Source: Callorhinchus milii (taxonomy: Eukaryota). From it: 64,000 bases of DNA. Of the stretch, positions 51,760-64,000 are shown one piece after another. Location: the NCBI RefSeq assembly GCF_018977255.1, contig NW_024704742.1, positions 104,782,001-104,846,000 on the forward strand, written 5' to 3'. The position numbers were made by a program, and so were the translations under genes. Under the pieces are notes generated by a model. The model searched no databases and had not been told where the DNA came from. It saw only the letters and a program-made list of their open reading frames with translations. The stretch's first letter is position 1. Each line of letters starts with the position of its first letter.

Positions 51760-52268
51760 GCTTTGCAAGCGAGAGACCTGAGTTCAATTCCAGGCAGAGG
51801 GCGAAACCTTGGGCAAGTTTCCTTACTCCACACGCCTAATAATAATCCCTCCAAAACCAAAAACAATAATTAAATTGGTCATTTTCAATCTACGACTGTT
51901 TGTGAGACATTGCTGTGCGCAATTGGCTGCCGCGTTCGCCCACAAATATACAGTCAATTCACTACAGTGTGTTCTGTGAAGCGCTTTGGGACGTCCTCCC
52001 GACGTGAAAAGCGCTATATCAAATGCAAGGATTATTATTATTATTATTATTATTATTCCTTACTCCACACGCCTAATAATAATTCCTCCAAAACAAAAAA
52101 CAATAATAAATTGGTCATTTTCAATCTACGACTGTTTGTGGGACATTGCTGTGCGCAATTGGCTGCTGCGTTCGCCCACAAATATACAGTCAATTCACTT
52201 TACAGTGCGTTCTGTGAAGCGCTTTGGGATGTCCTCCCAACGTGAAAAGCGCTATATCAAATGCAAGA

Positions 52269-52306
<38 letters not shown>
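51760..52306 (+). mobile_element. Tandem pair of young short-form SINEs (51760-52055 and 52056-52306)
   Basis: ttccttactccacacgcctaataataat occurs at 51819 and 52056; two (ATT)n tails. Confidence 0.93.
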
Positions 52307-52307
<1 letters not shown>

Positions 52308-54679
52308 CAGCTCCATACGGTGACAAACTCTGTCAGATGGGCTAATTATACAATGTACAATGAGGCGGCATTTCACCACTTACCAAGTGTGACATTACAA
52401 GATGTTCTTAGGCAAGAAGGAAACCAGTGATCCGTGTGGGTCCTGTACATTAACCTAACAATAGGGCAAATATGATGAGATGATTGGCCTTCTGACAAGG
52501 CATCAGGACAATTGTGCCTTTTTTGCAGCCATGAGGAGAGACAGTACTAAAGGAGCTGCCCACAGAGGCTATTGTCTGTAAAACTTTATATTAGGCTTAA
52601 AAACCTATACATACATATGTATTGTGAATTAATTTGCGTATACCTGTCACAAAAATGAAGACCACAGCTCCTTCTCCTCTACCCCAAGCTCAGGTGCTGT
52701 AACCCGCAACCTCAGAGAGATGACCTCTCTTGATTGCCAGTTTTTTTATTTATTTCTTACTTGATGGAAATTTGTCACAAACTGTGTGCAGTTTTTTTCT
52801 ATGGACATCCACCCATTAAGAACTGGGATGAAACTGGCCAGATTAATTTCATGCAACGGCCTATAATGTGCGCATAAAAAAGGCTTTCAATCCATCAGTC
52901 TAGCCTGAATCCAAGCCTAGGTCTTTGATATGTATGGATAATGTTCCAATTGCATAGTCTCAGCCACCCCTCAACTCCCCGCAGTATTGAATATAACAGG
53001 ATTATTTTCATCTTGTCTTGTATTCAAAGCATGAAATATTATAAAAACATAAAAATAATTATTCATACACTAGTATAAAGATCATCACATCAATTAAGAA
53101 TTACCCTTGAGGCAGGATTAATTTCTATTTGATAACATTTGATCGGTATTTTGTGACTGAACTCAAATTTCTTGATATTGAATGTGTTTTTGCAATCTGA
53201 ACATTTTGTGAATTTTCACAAATTAATAATCAAGACTGGTAAGAAGGAGAATTTACAGTTTTTTTACATTACTGAAAAGATTCTGAAAAGAAAATAATTT
53301 TATTTTGTTTTCCTCATGGTACAGAAATGATGCTGCAATTCCTGTAAGAGGTTAAATTGATACCTTCAGATCTCCAGAGATATTACATGTCACTGCTGCC
53401 TGAAAAGAGCAATCTCTGGGAACGTCTATGGTCTGAAGTAATAAGCAATCACTCAAATGTTCATTTCCTGGTGCCTCTCTGTATAGGAGCAGGACTATTT
53501 GTTTCACAGGTTCACGCTATCTGTGACAGGCCTAGGATAGTATTGCCCACAGAGCCGTGTGTTTCACACATACTATGTTTTCATAGATGGTTCCTGTTAA
53601 CCCCAGCACCGAAAACTATGCAACAATATAGTAACTCCTCATTAACTCATGGCCCAATACTGTTCTACATTCATCTATTCCCTACGGATTATATGGAAAA
53701 TGTGTACAACAACCTTCACTCCACCCAAAGTACAACGAGTGAATTACTGAACTTCCCCATGGGGCAATGCTAATCATGTTTTTCCCAACTCCCTGACGCA
53801 TTTTGTTTTACGACTCAATTCTAACTAACAACTAGAAATGCTTTTGCTCTTTTCACATGGCTTCAGAAGGGGAATATCTTGACTGAACAACCTCATCGTG
53901 ATTTTGCCAGAGGGCCTCCTAATTTGACATAGAGAAGCCAAGTGATTTTCTAAAGTAGAGTATCATACAAAAGACTCCTTCACAAAGTAATATCACTGGA
54001 CATTGATGTAGATTTACAAAGAATGTACAGAACGAAAACAGGACACACACAGCCCAACCAGTCTGTGCCAATGTTTATACTCCACATGATTCTTTATCCA
54101 TTCTTTACTTCTTCCCACACCCTTCTATTCCCCTCCTCCTTATATCCAGTCTATAGTTTCCCCAAAGATCATTGGGTGTACATCAACAAATGTAGATTAA
54201 GTAACTGTCTTAAATGAAGTAGATACTAGTCCTAAGGGAAACCATATAAAAATGGGTGATTTAGTGAATGAATGCCACATTGATGCCTTGTACGTTCCTT
54301 GTACATGAAGTTCAATTTGAAAATGCTCCAAGTTAGGGGAATTGTGGCATCTATGGAGGTAGTCGAGAAAGGCAGCTTGGCTGGTTATACGCCTGGGCTG
54401 CCCACTACCAAATAAGAGCATCAACATAGATGAATGCTCTCCAAGACATCAGCCTATGGGAAGGGCACTATATCAATGCTAGTTGTTGTCGTTGTTGAAT
54501 GCCAGGTGCTGGATATAGGAAGTAAAAATAGGATGTACATGTACACCACGGCTAGGATGGATCTTAGGTCATTATCTCAGATTATCTCAAGCATTGCAAT
54601 AGTTTTTAGTGACAATTAAAATAAAACCTATAATGTAAATCTTTGCACCACAGTCAAGACTCCAGTTTGAGAAACAAGA

Positions 54680-55160
54680 TCACATCATCAGTTCAGATGA
54701 AGAAGATCCTTCAGTCCATCTGATCTCATCCTCCCAGAATATACACTGCACCATCCTCCCATCACTACATCGATTTGTTTTTAAATGAGTTTGGTGTCCT
54801 GGTCTCAGACAAGATTCCTGGCACTTGTTCTTGGTGTCTGTCCTGAAATTACCCTTTGCAACTCTAAACCTATGTCCTCTTTTACTGTCTTGGTGCTTGT
54901 TCAAGGTTTACTTTTACAATCCCATTTAAAATGTTATATACAAATATACAAGATCCCCTCTGAGATTTCTCCTTTCAAGACTGAAGAAGCCCTAACGTAG
55001 TCTAATTATTGCTCATAGTTCATTCCTGTAACATTGGGGATAGTCCTTGTTGCTCTCCTTACACTGCCTCTAGGGCCTGTCTCTGTCATCACACTGACCA
55101 GAACAGGATGCAGTCCTCTAGATGCAGCTTGGGGAGCACTATATAGTTGGAGTATGACAC
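54680..55160 (-). mobile_element. CR1-like LINE 3' part, old
   Basis: ORF 54680..54904 RGHRFRVAKGNFRTD; upstream LEAV.RRATR.IP and LGLLQ motifs on the minus strand. Confidence 0.75.
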
Positions 55161-56129
55161 CCCTTTTTAAAGCTCAAAGCTCATTTAGTTAATGGAGCTG
55201 GCAAGTCAGAAGTTTTTCCCCTTCACTGGTAATTTACAGATGACTGCGCTGAGACTAAACCATGCCATCGGCATCATTATTTAGATAATTGAGTATTAAA
55301 TAACAGACCCAAATGTTAACCATCGATGTCAATGCCTCTATGAGTTGTGTTTAAATGATAACAATCTATAATAATCACTTGCAGAATGCAAGAGCGGCAT
55401 GTTTTCATCTTTTCTCAGAGAATTACAATGGCGATAATGTTCGTTTAACATCTGGGGATGCGGAATGTAAACACCTGCATTGACTAATTGGGCCAAATGG
55501 CCTGTTTCCGTGCTGTACAATCTATATAAAAACGGTTTTAAGAAATTGTGATGACGTCCCCCACAAAAAACATTCACCCTTTCTCAAAACATGGGGAAGG
55601 TTTCTTTAAGGTACAATGCTGCATCCATCTTACATTACCTCAAAACAAATCCAACTCACATGTGTCAGGAATGAATGGGAAGAATTTTTGTGTGCAAGAA
55701 AAACATTTTTTAATATTGAATTTATACCTGGCGACTAATAGCCAAGGGGAAAGTCGTTTCAAGTGGGTATACAGTTTAAGTCAGGATAAGTACTTTAATG
55801 TTTCGGGACATTTTTTGGTATTCTTATACAATCATATATCGTGCCTCGCATGATTTGAATAAAATCACTCTGTTCAGAGTGTGTTATAGTGAACGTCAGA
55901 CCAACATAGTAAATTGCATGGAGTATCTCACAAAGGAGGAGCTTTGTCAATACAATATCATACTGCTTCGTCTATTGAGACATGCTTATGGTACGAACCT
56001 TTTATGTTTCCAACATCCAATCAGTTTCAGACATCATCCAGTCTCATACCCAATGGAGCCAACAAGCACTCCTCAGGAATATGCTATACATATTAGCTGG
56101 GTAAACACATTCTCCAGCAGGAAACCCCA

Positions 56130-56243
56130 TATAATAATAATAATAATCCTTGTATTTGATATAGCGCCTTATCACATCTTCGAGACATCTCAAAGCTTTT
56201 CACAGAATTTACTGTAAAGTGAATTGACTGCATATTTTGTGGG
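56130..56243 (-). mobile_element. SINE tail fragment
   Basis: ataataataatccttgtatttgatatagcgcctt..gtaaagtgaattgactg. Confidence 0.85.
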
Positions 56244-59200
56244 CATCAAATATCTCAGGGCGACTCATGAGACCTCAACTCTGCCTCCGTATCACCCTGG
56301 GCTGCGGTTTCAGGCTACCATATCACAGCATAGGTTATGTTGCGATAGTACCTGTTACAAAATGCCACATTCTGTCAATTCTTATTTCTTTGTTATCTTT
56401 CTTACCCTTTTCTCTTGCAATCCAGCTGCATTCAGGTGCTCCTGGTCCATAACAGTAAAACAAAATGATTGTTTTTCAATAACCTACAGACCGTATATCA
56501 CAAAAGAATCACAGATCTCGACAATGATTTTAAAGCAATAATTCAGTCTGAGGGATGCTAATGTTATCCATAAACCACTCCAACTTTGCACTTGTTTATG
56601 ATGTTATTAAAACCACTTGATTGAATTATTACTTTACCGTTAACCACTTAGAACTTTCCACTCATAACGTTTTGCTCAAACTATTTAATGAAAACTGAAC
56701 ACCACAAAAAGAAAAGTATCATCTGGCTTATTCAATACTTTCTGACTATAATGGAAAGACTAAAGGCATTATTCTGCTTTGTGCACTCAATCTTAACAAA
56801 TTCATTGATGTGAGCGAAATGTTATTCTGCTCTGTTTGCTGTGTTTAACAAATTTGCTTTACAATTCAATGTCCTGTTTAAATGTAATGTTATTTAAAAT
56901 TTAATTGCACTGCAGTATTTATAAACACGCAACAACAAATCTGCTCAGCATACCAAATGGAGCATAATGCCATCCAGCCTATGTCACCAGATTATTTGCA
57001 TGGTTGGGGGGAGCAGGGTTGGAGGGGCTGTGGAGGGTTGAATGGGAAATGGGAAAATCACAGCATAAATGGCATAAGCGCTTTGAGATGTCGAGAAGAC
57101 GTGAAAAGCGCTATATCAAATGCAAGGATTATTATTACTATTATAAGGTGTAAATAGCATCTCAACACCAAAAATTGCATTTGTATAGCGCCTTTCATGT
57201 TGGGATCTCAGTACACTAAGTGTATCTTGTGCAGGGAACCCAACATACAGCATACAATAAGCCACATCTAGCCTCACCTAATGTACCTAGAGTTATTCCG
57301 CATGATGCAGTTCACATTCCAATTTACTTTTTACAGTCCTTTCAAAATTTATCACGTAGTTTTCATATTCAAGTACTTTTCTATCATATTGATGACCAGC
57401 CTTCCATGTTTTAATGATGAATTAAAATCCAGAATCTCTTCAAATCAAATGAAGGACACAGTTCTAGAGAATATTTCCAGAACTTATGATTAACTCCTTG
57501 TTTTTTTTAAAAAGCCACAGCTTCATAAAGGGAACTGTAGTTATTGCTGTATTTTTAGGAATTTCTTTTCACACAATAGTAATGATCCTTGCGTTTTATA
57601 CATCACATCATCAAGACATCTCAAAGCACTTCATTGTATATATATTTATTATATATATAGAGTTTCTCCCAGTGTACTAGCCATCGATCCCCCAATAAAT
57701 TGGTCATTTGTTTCATGGCTGTTTGAGGGATATTGCAGGTGCAATTGGGCCCCTGCATTCCTGCATTCCAATCCCCCCTTTCTGGCTTGGCCTCAATCCA
57801 CACCACAGTTAAGTGCTCAGTGACGCCACCTCCGTGAAAGCACTAAATAAATGCAAGTTGTTGTTGTTGCATTCTCCTACAAATACAATCACACTATTTC
57901 ACAGTAAATCCATGAAATACAAATGCTTTGAGACATCTTCCCGATGTGAAAGCTGCTATACCATATCAAAGAATTATTATTATTATACTATAAAGTGGTG
58001 TGACATGGTGTTTGTGGGTGAACTTGACACAGCAACATCCCCTCAATGTTCAAGAATATTTATTACTGTAAGAGCATTTGCATCTTTCATTTTAATGTTA
58101 TGCTTTGCAGCTCTTAAATACAATAGCAGAATCATATTATCATAAAACAAGGCAATAGAGAACATCACAAAGTGCTGTGTGCTTAAATCACAAACCAAAA
58201 GGTGATCCCCATCTTTATTAACCTATTTAAAGTTATTCCATTTAGGAAGATATACTCACAAAATCAGATTATAACTTCTCTTTATTTGTGGTGGAGAGAA
58301 GGGGAGGAAGAAGATGATTTATCTTTTGGAAAATGACATTATGATTTATGTTGCACTGGGGCATCATATACCCCACCATGCTGTACTATTTTTGGTGCTA
58401 ATTTATGTTGCCTCAGCTGCCTTCAGTTTTGCTCTGAGGTTATGTTTTGTAACATGTTCACTGTTCTAAAGTGAATGTTTCTGGCACTGTTTTTGTTGCC
58501 CAGGGGCCATTTCATTAGTCTGATAGAATTCTGTAGTGGAGGGAGTCGTGCTTCCTTTTCAGGTCTGTCTGTTGCTAGGATACAAGGGTAAAGATGTCAA
58601 AAAACACACTGTGAGGTAACATCCAAACGATTTAGCATACTGATGAAAGGACTTATTACGTCCCTTAGCTTTCCATTAATGATTAGGGAGGAGAGTGGAG
58701 AGGGATGAGAGGGTGGAAGAAGGTTATATTTTCTGCAAAACAGTAACAAGAGTTAAATAATCCATTGTTCTGGTGCAAACATTTGTTAGTCATCAAATGA
58801 TGTATTCGGTTCACACAGTTAATATTTCTGGGTGTGCTGGCTCTTCACTCCAGTGAGGGTTTCAGCGCTGACAAACACTGAAGCTACTTGCTGACAAGAT
58901 GCTGTGGAGCAAGGTATCATGGAGATAAAGAGTGACATTCAGCTAATAGGGTTCAGGTTGAGGATGGCTACCGAGGTGCTGGGATGTGATTTACTGACAA
59001 TTCTGATAGCAACTGACTGGTCTGGAAATGAAATTTACTCAGAGTTTAAGTAGGTTGAAAGAAAGCAAGAGGCTCAACACCGTGCTTTGTGGTTGTTTTA
59101 AACTGTTCAGCTAATACAAAGCCCACAGGCTTTGTAGTGAAGCACTCTTGAGACTCTTGAGGAAGGCAGTAGTGTTAATACAGCCACCCCAAAAAGCACC

Positions 59201-59354
59201 TCATGGCTAGGAACAACCCTCCTCGCCCCCGTCCATCCCTGACTTGCAAGGCCTCTGCTTTGGTCCGGGATCTCCTCAGAGCAGAGTTCTCGCATGTCAA
59301 CGTAATATACATGAGGTTCTCTGCAGAAGACACAATCCTTTAGTTTATGAAAAA

Positions 59355-59531
59355 GTTGGTCACTCAATCTACAACTGCTTGTGGGACACTTCTGTGCGCA
59401 ATTGGCTGCCCAGTTTTGACCACAAAATATACAGTCAATTCACTTTACAGTATATTCAGTGAAGCGCTTTGAGACATCGAGAAGACGTGAAAAGGTGCTA
59501 TATCAAATGCAAGGATTACTATTATTATTAT
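59355..59531 (+). mobile_element. SINE 3' half
   Basis: ttggtcactcaatc..tgtgcgcaattggctgcc..atcaaatgcaaggattact. Confidence 0.88.
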
Positions 59532-61415
59532 GTCCTGAGGTTCTCATTCTACCAGTGAGCACAGGGACTCGATCAAGGAAATAATTTACCGTTTTAGTAT
59601 TTTAATATTTTACCATATCTACAAAAATCAGAACCCAGACACGTTGTCAATTTCCACTCAAAAATCCAAAATATAAATTGTTTCTTTGCAGTGCTAAATG
59701 ACTTGGTGCTTCTGTAAACCATGCAATGTATTCACAGCTGCGGTTTAGCAGTGCGAATGGAATTTAATGCCTTGTCTTTGACATGGGTAAAAAGTAGCAA
59801 CTGTGATCTTACCTCTTACCAGTGTTTTGAATGCAATAGTAAGACCTTGTTGGCCATTTATAATACAAGTATTTGCAGAAGTGCTTGGTTGTTGGCATTT
59901 GATGTCAAAAATAAAAACTTTTTCATAATTTAAAAAAATTAAAATGGTAACAAAAAAACACAAATAAGAGAACATATGCAATGGTTATGTTCAATGCACC
60001 GGGACAGATAAAACAATAGTTCAGAACAGCGCTATATAACAGGAATGATTTCTGTCGTTTGTCAACCTGACAAAAATGAACAAAGTAATTTATAAAAGAA
60101 AGCATTGGAACAGAAAGGCCATCAAAGAGAGACAAGACAGTAGGAGATTGCAGTTAACTCCCACCTCCTGTTTTCCTCTCAGTATTCTTGTGCTATATTA
60201 ACATAGATGAAATCGAAAACTGATGCACTAAAACTCTGCTGTCTATAGAAAAGACTGTCACACAGACAATGGTCAATGTACATGATTACTGGCCTTGGTG
60301 GGAATGAAGGTATCACTGTGAATAATCACTGCTACTTGTGTGTTACTGCATGTTGTGGGACTGCAAAGAAATTAACATGCCACAGCAAATTAAAGTGCTG
60401 ACTGCTGCTTCTCTCAGCACTCTGGTTAAGTGCTGTGCACAAATTGGCTGCCCCATTCACTCACAAAACGCAGTCACTCTAAATTACAGAATATCCTGGG
60501 AAGCGCTTTGAGGCATCCTCCTTATGTGAAAGGCTCTTCACCAAGTGTAAGGATTATTATTATTGTTATTATTATTAAGTGGAAGTTAAGGATCAAGATT
60601 AAAACTTCAATAGTAAGACAAATAATGCTCTTTTTTGGACTTTTTTACAGTAAAATGATCATTCATCACTTATTTCTGTAACACAGAGACACAACACATC
60701 AGTGGCTTGGTTATTTGTGGGTGATGGAGTTGATTCCACTTGTCATGTTTCCTTTGTTGTATATTGTGTTCCCATTCAGCCTCAATATCTCCGTCTTGAG
60801 AAGATCTGAACTTCACAATACAGGGATGCTGAACATTGTATTTATGAAAATGATTGAGTGTGTTAACAAACTAGACTGAAGGGATGAAAGTCATTTCTAG
60901 GTGTAAGGAGCTTATGTAAAATGTTTGCCGAGACCCAGCTCTGTTCCTCACACCTCCAGCACAAACCTGCTGAGATTTTGAAATAAATATAAATTTGTAC
61001 GGTATCTCAGAGAAATCATAAGAATCACTGATTTGATAAGAGGAAATGCCATGAAAATGTAGTGGTATTGCACACTTGGGAAGTTTAGGTAAAGCAGTTA
61101 GTTGGGGAAAAGGGAGGTTTAGTCATTCTATACTGACCTTGGAGTGCTTAGAGCTGACATATGATGTCAAAAATGGATAGATATTCTCTTTCCTAAGCTG
61201 TTTAATTTAAAATGCATTGGGACGGCAATTATAAATAAATTAACTAGAACTTCTCTTGTGTTCAGAAAGTCAAATTCAAAGATAACCATTATTTGCTAAT
61301 CCTGAGTTGCTGAAGCACAAAATTGATTTATTGAGAGAAATTCATTCTTTTTAAACTTTACTTTATGAATACAGTACATACAATCTTCACACTTCACAAT
61401 GTATATATTCATAAT

Positions 61416-61541
61416 TTTGCCCGCAAAATATACAGTCAATTCACTCTACAGTATATTCTGTGAAGCCCTTTGAGACGTCTCGAAGACATGATCAGGCGCT
61501 ATATCAAATTCAAGGATTATTATTATTTTTATTATTATTAT
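61416..61541 (+). mobile_element. SINE tail fragment
   Basis: aaaatatacagtcaattcact..gcgctatatcaaattcaaggattattatt. Confidence 0.85.
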
Positions 61542-62035
61542 TCCAAATGGCACAAAACTCACATCTGTTATGTTTTATTGGATATCTGCCTTGGTCAGCT
61601 ACAAGTAAATCTACCCGAATAAGCATCTTATGTATATATTTACATATATAGATATATATATAGTATATAGATTCAGTGAACCAAAAACAACAAAAGGGGA
61701 AACATTTTCTTTCGCAGCTAATGCTATACCACCATATTCTAAGAGAGCTTCTGAGCATTCTGAATAACATTAAACCAATGGATGTCCCCCCACTGCGATC
61801 AACTTCCTATCCCAACAGCATCAAAATGACACACTGAAGAGAGAAGCAGATAGTAGAATAATCCCAGAGCAAGTGAGATACATCCAACAATGCTGAATAG
61901 AGAAAGGAGTGCAACCTGCTCCCTCCCATTACACAATATAAAGGAAACATTTAACCTAACAAGACTGCACATAACTTAGGAATTTAAGAAGGAATGAAAT
62001 TCGAGTCTGGAGCTTAATGAAGAACTTGTCTGTCA

Positions 62036-62518
62036 AATCATAGAATCATAGAATCGTACAGCACAAAACGAGACTATTTGGCCCATCGAGTCTGTGCCGG
62101 CTCTATGAAAAGAGCAATGTACTGTCAATCCCACTCCCCAGCCCTTTCCCCATAACCCTGCAAACCCGTCCTCCTCAAATACCCATCCACCGCGTTTTTA
62201 AAAGTTGCTATCGAATCGGCCTCCACCACCCTTTCAGGCAATGCGTTCCAGATTCGAACAACTCGATGCGTGAAAAATTCTCGCCTCCCCTCTGCTTCTT
62301 TTAGAGACTATTTTAAATCTGTGACCTTGAGTCACCGACACACCCACCACTGGAAACACTTTTTCCCTTTCTAACCTCTCAAATCCCCTCATGATTTTGA
62401 AGACCTCTATTAAGTCTCCTCGTAACCTTCTCTGCTCCAATGAGAATAATCCCAGCCTCTCTAGCCTTTCCTCATAATCAAGGTCCCTCAGTCCTGGTAC
62501 CATCCTCGTAAATCTCCT
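62036..62518 (-). mobile_element. CR1 LINE 3' end
   Basis: ORF 62234..62560 RRFTRMVPGL..YEERLERLGLFSLEQRRLRGDLIEVFKI; (gattctat)n tail at 62036-62056. Confidence 0.95.
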
Positions 62519-63532
62519 CATAGCATATGTAATAGCATATATAAATGTATTCAAGGACATACTTTAAACTAAACTGTTCTGTCTAAATACTATGCTGCTA
62601 AAACAGATTAGTAGTTGCTAAATGTGAGAAATGGGAAACGACTCCAGTAAAATTAGTTACATAGAGTGATCCCAGCACAAAAACAGGGCATTGAGCCCAA
62701 CTAATCCGTGCCAATGTTTGTAGTGTACCCGAGCCCCAAACTCCTCCTAGACCCCTCTCCTATTCCCCTCTATTCACTTATCTCTCATGTGTGCATCACA
62801 TTTTCTCTTCAAGACATTGATGCTATTTGCTTAATTGAAGTGGACTACAAAGATCATTGAGGTCCAATTGATTAAGTTCTAAATTTAAGAATATTTCACA
62901 CACTTAAATGCTAAGAAAACATTTAAGTCTAGAAGCAGGTAGAATTTATGCACTTCTTGCTAATGTATGTAGTAATTAATCTATACCAGCATCCTGTAAA
63001 ATATAACTGAGGAAACGATAGAACGGTTTGCTATGGTTGAGCTGTGAGCCCTTGGTGGATGGTACAAGATCCCAATTTGCTTGAGTCAATAAAGATCAGT
63101 CAATAGGCAAAGTCGTCAATAAAGCTGGCTACCTAGTAATATAATTTGAACTTGGATACAAGCAATTTCCTGTTGTCTTCAGGATGATATAATTTGGCAA
63201 GGCAGGTGGGTCTTAATTCTATTCCCCTGCTATGCAAAGTGTTAATGAGTTATTAAGATCCTGAAAATTGCTAGGTAAACCTGTAGGCTTTAAAAAGGTA
63301 GATTAGTCGAGGGAATACATTCAGTTTAATTACAGTTATTTTTCAGGTAAAAGAGGAACAGATGCCATTGATCCCAGTCACTCTTAAGATGCAATTTTAA
63401 TTAGGGAGAGTAGATAGCCTTGAACAAATCTTGGAATTGTGGTGCAACCTGCACCACTACATAACACAACCATTTGGGTCTTGTTTAAAACTGTTTGTGA
63501 AGGGGAAAAAACAAGAGGCATGGCCTCAGATT

Positions 63533-63648
63533 TATAATAATAATAATCCTTGCATTTGATATGGCGCCTTATCACGTCGTTGAGACATTTCAAATCGCTT
63601 TACAGAATATATTGTAAAGTGGTTTGAATGTGGATTTTGTGGGCGAAA
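63533..63648 (-). mobile_element. SINE tail fragment
   Basis: ataataataatccttgcatttgatatggcgccttatcacgtc. Confidence 0.85.
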
Positions 63649-63739
63649 CCCCAATATCATATAGATGGCGAGCTCTTGTTATGTACAATTATGATTCTAA
63701 AAAATTTATAAGAATTTTTTTGAACAAATATAAACATCA

Positions 63740-64000
63740 GTGGGCAAGTTTACCACTGCTCTCCAGACTTCTCTCCCTAAACACCTCCAATGTATACCCG
63801 CAATCTCTGCTTTCAAAACTTATCTGGAAATCTATCTCTTTGGCCACTTACCTCCTGCCCCCTTTATCTCACACTTTGTTCTAGTTCCCACTCTGTCACT
63901 GTTTAAGCAGTTTGCAATGTTTTCCTCTGTGAAAGGCACTGTATTCAGAACAAGAACAACCGGCTCAGACACGATGGGCTGAATGGCCTCCTTCTGTGCT
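63740..64000 (+). mobile_element. Old L2 3' fragment (about 63745-63945) followed by a CR1 tail running off the window end
   Basis: SLPKHLQCIPAISAFKTYL..YLF; gacacgatgggctgaatggcctccttctgtgct. Confidence 0.7.

Noticed and set aside
53357..53773. 138-aa ORF in unique sequence
   Set aside because: Non-ATG start, no recognisable domain; compatible with chance.
55798..56217. 139-aa ORF
   Set aside because: Runs into an antisense SINE tail and has no recognisable homology.
1..64000. CRISPR array, rRNA or prokaryotic operon
   Set aside because: No regularly spaced repeat-spacer structure or rRNA motifs; the sequence is vertebrate and repeat-rich.

Overview
Vertebrate genomic DNA, most likely from a cartilaginous fish (chimaera/elephant-shark-like, judged from my recollection of the repeat families rather than from a database search). 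It reads as an intronic or intergenic stretch dominated by non-LTR retrotransposons. There are about 20 L2 (LINE2) fragments of at least two subfamilies, including three near-identical young copies at 1-848 and 7694-11371. There are many tRNA-derived SINEs with L2-type 3' tails, several decayed CR1 fragments, a complex (CA)n tract, MITE-like inverted repeats, Penelope/hammerhead-like relics and an unclassified ~600-bp repeat in four copies. Nearly all long ORFs in the track are L2 reverse-transcriptase pieces or their shadow frames. No host gene can be called with confidence; a few speculative minus-strand exon candidates are flagged. The best-supported observations are a same-family L2-in-L2 nested insertion with a 6-bp TSD, compensatory covariation in the stem-loop shared by the L2 and SINE tails, and an apparently CORE+Deu hybrid SINE. 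I found no convincing novel biological system.
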